Assembly (NCBI RefSeq): GCF_964204645.1
Contig: NC_134026.1
Coordinates: 6,781,950-6,845,949, forward strand
Direction: 5' to 3'
From: Tubulanus polymorphus
Taxonomy: Eukaryota; Animalia; Nemertea
DNA length: 64,000 bases
The translations under genes and the position numbers were made by a program. Shown here piece after piece: positions 57,401-64,000 of this stretch (positions are counted from its first letter, which is position 1; each line of letters opens with the position of its first letter). The notes under the pieces were generated by a model. The model was not told the DNA's origin, did not search any database, and worked only from the letters and a program-made list of their open reading frames with translations.

Positions 57401-60400
57401 TATGCACCGGGGTATGTAACAGAAATAATATGGACTTTCTCAACTGTTCAACGACCGTGTTAGAGCCAGGCTTAGATCATTTTGCTATAACCAGTCTACG
57501 TAACAGCTCACGACCAGTTCTATAACCAATCTAACAGTTTGAAACCAGTCTAAGCTCGTTGGTTTCCAAGACAAGTGTCTGTCTGATATCAGTAAAGTGA
57601 AAAACCCACAATAAAATGAAAAGAAATACTATATACATGCAATAGAATCTGACGTTGCTATGAGAATTCTATGAGCCATTTTCAAAATCTGATTTTTGAG
57701 CCGAAACGTCAGATTCTCTTATCGTGTTTTTTTTTCATTTCATTGTGAGTTTTGACTTTGCAGTCTTTACAGCCCAGTTTGGTTCTATAATCAATCTAAC
57801 CCCTTTAAGACCAGTCTAAAGTTAAGCACACTTTGATTAGGGCAAGGGATTTAAAGGAAATTTAACAACTCAACATGAATTGATATTCGAATTAACTGAA
57901 GTTGTTGCTAATGTTGTTCAGAGGTAACGTGATGGTTGTCGGGAAGAGTCAACAAGAGAAGCCATACATTGAAGGACCACCTTGTAGTAAATGCCCGGAT
58001 GGTTACGGTTTATGTATGGCTGGAGCTTTGTGTGGTAAGATATTCCTCAAAATTCAAAAATCCTGCATCCGCCCCCAAGGGTTCCCCGTGGTAAAAGTCT
58101 CCAAAGAATGCTTGCCGAAATGTTGTTTAAAATATTGATAATATTTTGAGTATGGTATATTTGTCTGTTTTGTAGCATCAGCTAAAGCTTGTCAATCATC
58201 GAAAACTGGTTGCGGTAAGTGAGTTTGATATCTCATTTTATAACCGGCATCACCTACTTAAAATATCAATTATCATTTCATTCGAAATATCAAATATAAT
58301 AGAATTTTCATTTTGATATTTTCACACAGAATGTGGAATTAAATCGTGTCGAAACGGCGGAGTCTTAGATTCCGTGAATTGTAAATGTAAATGTTCGGAG
58401 AAATGGCAGGGAAACCGCTGTGAAAGTAAGTTTAGAATATTTTGCGCCCTGTGGCCTCTTTTCATGGCGTATTTGACCCACATGCTAAGATCTAGTTCGA
58501 ACTCAATGAAAGTCCGTGTCATAAATTGATTGTTTGATGTGAAGTATAGTCTAATTCTGATCGCAATTTGAAATCTCGCTTTTATGTTTTTTGACGCACT
58601 TTTACTAGTTAAAATGATTTCATTCAGAATTCTATCGTCCGTAATTAAATACTTTATGCTGTAAAGTGCAGTGTTTCTTAATGTTGTAGAAATTAGCGCT
58701 TTGAAACATAAAATTTATAACTATTATGATGCGTGTATTTCACAGTACCGTGTGAAGATAAGATCACGTATTGCGATCAGTACACTCACCAGTGCAGCTG
58801 GAATGCTAATATGTGGCTATGGATGGGACAAAGTTGTCAGAAAACATGTCACAAATGCGGTAAGATAGAGAGTTATCCTTCCAAGGGTCACCTCCTGGGT
58901 CCGGTTTCATGAAAAATTTCAAGTATAATGGTTAAGTCTGAATTGTTATTCTCAATAAAAACACGAACTTTCTCGTCAATTTAAACCCTGTTCGTCCAGA
59001 GATATATAATGTACGTGGTGTATACTGAGCTCAAACCGTCGGGGTAGGGGTGTCTCAAACCCCATCTTCACCCGTCAAGGGATTTGAACCCACTACGCTA
59101 AAGCTGTTCCCCGAACCCCTTGACCTCACGAGTCGTTGGAGTCGTTACTAGCCGACCAGAATCCGGTCGTACCAATCACAGCGCTTGTAACAAACCGTCA
59201 GTAGACTTTTTTTGGTTTTCCCGTTAAATTGACCAATCAGCGAACGTTTTACCGAACAAGGAAGTATTTCGCAAATCGATATATGACGTCACGCGCAACA
59301 GCGCCAGTAATAAAATCACGCTTCGTGAGGCCAGGGGGCTGGTGGAAGCGAGTGCGGGAGTGATACCGGACCCGTGGCAAGCGAGGATGCTCAAACCCGC
59401 TCGGAACTCAAGTCTCCCCATCACCCTCGCTTAACCAAAGAAAAATGGCCAACCAAATGCTGGTGAGCGAGGATGCTATCTTTTATACAGAACTTCAGTC
59501 ACTTTATTTAGAAACGACTGTTCTGTTGTAAATTCATCTTATGAACCATAATTTTGTATGAATTGAGCCAAATATAAAGTGATACGCCTGTAACATGTTA
59601 TGCTGGTAGACGCACACATGCATATATTGAATTACTATTGATGTCTCAATTTTGAAGGATTTCTATTTGTTGTTTGATATTTTCTAGGCCCAGTCAAGGA
59701 CGACAATACTTCAAATAGAGATGGAATCAAAACTAATGTCATCAAATATTCAGGTAGTTGTCCCAAGCATTTTGTAAAATGGATCTGTAGTCTGTCGTTA
59801 TCAATGTTCAACAGAATTTGATATGATGACGAACCATCCAGAAAAAAAACATTATGGAAGCCAAATTTTCTGTTTGCCTTTGAATTTCTTACATTTTTTT
59901 TGTAGGATCTGGAACCGGACAAAGCACAGATACAGACACTACAGAGGACAATAAACGTAAATATAATGCATATACTGATCTTATTACTGTATATAGGATA
60001 ACTCTAGGTTAAAAGAACTGAAATCGTTTTCGATTTCTTATGATATCTGAAAAGTTTGGAGGAGCCGTGTTAACCTGATAAACAATTTGATAAAGAAAAA
60101 GCAGCTAGTTCTGAAGGTTAACTGATTTTATTTGAAAGACGAGCTTTAGCTACATTAGAAGCTTAAGTGTTGTCATTTTAGCGATTTTGGCCTAATATTA
60201 TCCGCGTGATCGCGGCTCTAGTCCCTCAGGTAAACAAGATCTGTCCTAATGAAGCTACTCTCTAGATTTTAGTTCATCCGGAGGTCTCACTCGCTAAACT
60301 ACCGGGTATACAGTAACTAAACCAAAAATTTCCAGATTTAAACATTTTCGTGAAACTGGACCCTCTAGTAAATGAACTTGATTCTAATTTACCCGATGAA

Positions 60401-61465
60401 GCCAAAATGCAGCATAGTAGCGAAAGCTCGTTAGTTTCGAATAAAATCGGTTACTCAACACTGTAATTACCCGCGTGCTCTTCGCGGTAGTCGTTATCAT
60501 TATGATAACTGCTGATTTTCGCACCGTTTCAGCGACAACTGGTGGAACCGAAAACTGCAAGAATACATATTCAAATAGCAGAAAATGCGACGATTGGGCT
60601 AAAACAGGAGAATGTCAGAAAAATCCAGTCTGGATGAAAACAAACTGCGCAAAATCGTGTAAATCTTGTAAAACAGACAGCGACAAATCTAACGGTAAAA
60701 ACTGCAACATCATCTCCAGTCTCTAAATCTATATTAGTTCATTACGCGATCGATCAATTTATTTCGTAACAGAGATGGATAGAGGGCGATGACAATGTCT
60801 GTGTCTATAAATAAGGTTCATATAGTCTTGTCCTCGATCTACTTTCTTACAATCTTAGCTCGCGCAAGAAATTTTTATGTTACCCCTGCATGCCCGGTAG
60901 ACCACACACGTTTGATCAGAAAATACGAGATCTGCGAAATCCAAAATGGCCTACAAGGACACTTTACACACGTGGTACGGGCCCAGTGTCTGATGTTATA
61001 GCTTTAGAATCAGTGGATCATGGCCACGAAAAGAGAGTCTTTTTGACGTGTCGCATGGTTACCCTGCCATTAATTACATCACATTTCACGCTCCACGTGC
61101 GCATAGAACGCAAGACTGGTTGCCTCAATTCTGCGCCACCTGCATTCGCAGTCAGAATAACTGAGACCGAGGTAGAGACAAGGCAACCAGTCTTATAGAA
61201 CTCGAATTGACCATTTTGAGGGTCGTATGGTGTCCGATACAATCAACTAACTATTTATTTATCGACAAATTGTAGGACGAGTTTGCATCAACAGATAATT
61301 CCAGTGTCACCGTTTAACTATGTTGATCAGTATGACTTATATTTTACAGGTTGCACCGATATTCACAATTCATCTGCTTGTTCCGCCTGGGCTGCTGATG
61401 GTGAATGCGATGCTAATCCAATCTGGATGAAAAAGAATTGCGCGTCGGCTTGTAACTCGTGCTAA
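54450..61465 (+). CDS. Secreted CAP(SCP/CRISP)-EGF-3xShKT protein, 424 aa, 12 exons
   Basis: Exons 54450-54644 (upstream in-frame ATG at 54408), 56078-56217, 56951-57038, 57317-57411, 57922-58034, 58176-58214, 58330-58425, 58746-58859, 59688-59753, 59906-59956, 60533-60694, 61350-61465 (1275 nt, open). LDLHNLLR, QPQAANM, CGHYTQLIW..VGCG, YCDYAPGGN, EGF exon, three ShK exons. Confidence 0.92.
59064..59390. mobile_element. Dispersed repeat; internally deleted copy at 55589-55698
   Basis: Shared ends catcttcacccgtcaagggatt..gctgttcccc and gctggtggaagcgag..gcaagcgaggatg in two introns of the same gene. Confidence 0.7.
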
Positions 61466-62017
61466 ACCAATTCCCGATAGAGGTCGTACATGTGACGTCA
61501 TAGTTTGTTTTCCAACCGGGGTTGAAGATTACAAAATCGAAAAGGGGATTTACAAATTTCGGGGATTTGTCAGATTGTAAATCGCTACCATTGTGTTTTC
61601 CAAGCAATATGGCGGTAACATTGATGAAAGAACATGTATTGCTATACGACCCCTATACTGCTGCGTCTCACACAGCAAGGTGCCTTGTGTATCTTGATAA
61701 TCATGGACAGATTCATGTTGAGTTTAAACTGTAATCGGTTTAAAATGCAATTAATTGTGTCCATTAAAAATTACTTGTGAGACATTGTCAATTGCTTTTT
61801 CTTTATAAATTCGTTCTAACGTTTTAAGGAATCGGTAAAAAAGGGATATTTTAGGACAAAATGGCCATTTTACCCAGTAGCTGTCATCTTACACAAATCA
61901 GAAATTTTTCGATTTGGACAAATAAACAATAAAATATTATTTACTGAATGTAACTGGCCCACAGTTAATACGGGTTAAAGTTGTATGAAGTGAATCAAAC
62001 CATCAAGAAATCAATGG

Positions 62018-62590
62018 TTATTTGACAGTATTTCGGCAGCGGATTTTCACACAGAAATATGGACGGAAGTGTAAATATTGCAAATGCGAGAGAAACTGTT
62101 ACAAGCATAATTGTTGTACGTTTCGATTTTGTAGTTTTCTTATCAGACGAAACCATTTTTGAACCCCTGAATAACTGAAATAACATAATTTGATATAATG
62201 ATCAACGTTAGGTATAACGATAATGCTATGATTATGGTAGAAAATGTTCCTTGGTGATTATAGTAATATCCGAAATATTGGTCGGTAAAATGGTGTACCT
62301 ACAAGTCATTTCAGGTGAGAAATAAACAAACAGTGAATTCACTGCAGTAATTATGATTGTAGTGAATCTAGCAAATCTCAATGTACATATCAAACGAGAT
62401 GTGATCGGGAAGAACACAACTTCTGCACGTTCTAGAGATATTGCTACTATCAACCACGTAATTGCAGCCAACGAGCACCATTATAATTTCACAACTGATC
62501 AGTGAATTAATGATGAATATAATTCTATGTCCATCTTTAACGTGCAAGAGAAAAAAACTGTTAAACAGGCATCAGTGTATAATTGATGCC
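62018..62590 (-). pseudogene. Fragmented GPCR pseudogene lacking TM1 and TM7
   Basis: WLIVAISLERAEVVFFP and QLFRGSK..TIMLVTVSLAFAIFTLP in different frames; internal deletion at about 62060. Confidence 0.88.
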
Positions 62591-62636
62591 AAAACGTCGA
62601 AGTAAGTACAAAGTGAATGAAAATTGAAATCAATGT

Positions 62637-63585
62637 TTATTTGTCTGAACTATTAGCGTGGATTTTCATACAGAAATATACACGAATTTCTCGTCCCAGT
62701 AAAAGATAAATGTAGAAATTCACCACATAGTTACACACATGAATTTGATGAAAAATGTCATAAAGAAATTCTTTCTGTTCCGGTGAGATTGGTAAATATG
62801 TAGTAACCGTGGATGGAAGTGTGATATTGCAAATGCAAGTGAAACTGTTACAAGCATTATCGTTGTGCGTTTTGATTTTGTAGTTTCTGATCAGACGAAA
62901 CCATTTTTGAACCTCTGAATAACTGAATTATTATCACCGAATTAGATGTTATAATTGAAGTTAATGGTATGATAGTATGGTAGGTATCGATAATTGAGAA
63001 AAATGTCATTTGGTCAAATAAGTCATAGTAACATCCGAAAAACTGGTCGGTAAAATGTATCGACATAGCAGGTGTGAGATTTGTAAGCAGTACATTTACT
63101 GCAGTAATTATCAATATAACAAATCTAGCGAAACTCGGTGTACATATCAAACGAGATGTGAACGGAAAGAGGACTACTGCCGCACGTTCTAGAGTTATAG
63201 CTATGATCAACCACGAACTATTGCTGACCGCGAGTATCATTACAGATCCATGTATTTGACAACTGACCAGTGAATTCATGATGAATATAGGACCGTCTTT
63301 AACGTGCAAGAGAACAAACTGTAAAACAGGCAACAGCGTAAAATTGATGCAGAACGTGAAATCACTGAGAGACAAAACGATAAGATAGTTAGCGTAAGAT
63401 AAACTGCGGAATCTGCGACTTATCATTATCAGGAAAGTGGCTGAATTTCCGAAGGCTCCAAAAAGGAACAAGATAGGCAAAATGACCAGTGACACTGTAC
63501 GGTAGATTCCAGACTTGTTCACCACAGACATAAGAACCATGTAACTGCAATAGGTTCGACCGATTTGCCGTCTAGTAGAATTCAT
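62637..63585 (-). pseudogene. Full-length GPCR paralogue with two 1-bp deletions (pseudogene or sequencing error)
   Basis: Intact for about 235 aa; frameshifts near 62885 and 62823; TM6-TM7 and the stop (62637-62639) remain recognisable. Confidence 0.8.
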
Positions 63586-64000
63586 GATTTACCGTTGAAG
63601 GTGTGGACTGACTTGTCCCAACGGACTGATGCTTAATCAAAAATCTGCGCACACAGGGAAATTGTCTTGTTTATTGAAGCCAAGAATTTATTTATTGCAT
63701 TGAAAAATCAATTCTCAGAAATCAAACACAGTTTACTAAGATTTGTGAAAGTTATTGTTGCATGAAATTCAAATGTAGCTGAAATCACATATCAATATTC
63801 GTTATACAAGAATTCACACGCAATGTAAATGGCGAAATTGTGCATACAGTAGAAATTTCTTACAGTAGTATACCAGAATAGGTTGGAAAATCTTTTCACT
63901 AATTCAGTACGTTCAGAATGGAGGTCAGAATCTTCCAGAAGTGAGGTCAGATTGATATCACAATGAACTCCCACCAGAAGCAACGAGATCACACAGTCAT

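Overview
AT-rich, intron-rich animal nuclear DNA. The gene content suggests a lophotrochozoan-type invertebrate (inference). Left half, all on the minus strand: transportin-1 (TNPO1; 19 coding exons here, 3' end runs off the window), TFIIS/TCEA (9 exons, 298 aa) and a 7-exon tetraopsin-type opsin (437 aa, retinal Lys intact). TCEA has a clear AT-AC U12 intron and TNPO1 intron 1 looks like a GT-AG U12 intron. Right half: a duplicated cluster of intronless rhodopsin-class GPCRs (3 intact, 3 broken) on the minus strand encloses two plus-strand secreted CAP-EGF-ShK (CRISP/toxin-like) paralogues and a C-type-lectin pseudogene. Most unusual signal: an unannotated ~480-nt GC-rich element just upstream of TCEA (22426-22908, minus). 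It has a TATA box, three related three-way-junction modules, a U7-like Sm motif, a 3' hairpin and a first T4 exactly at its end, and matches no ncRNA family I can recall. Dispersed minimal-hammerhead repeats, many MITEs (some nested, with TSDs), an RTE LINE 3' end and long (TA)n/(CA)n tracts are also present. All exon calls were made by hand from splice sites, phase and recalled homology; no database search was run.
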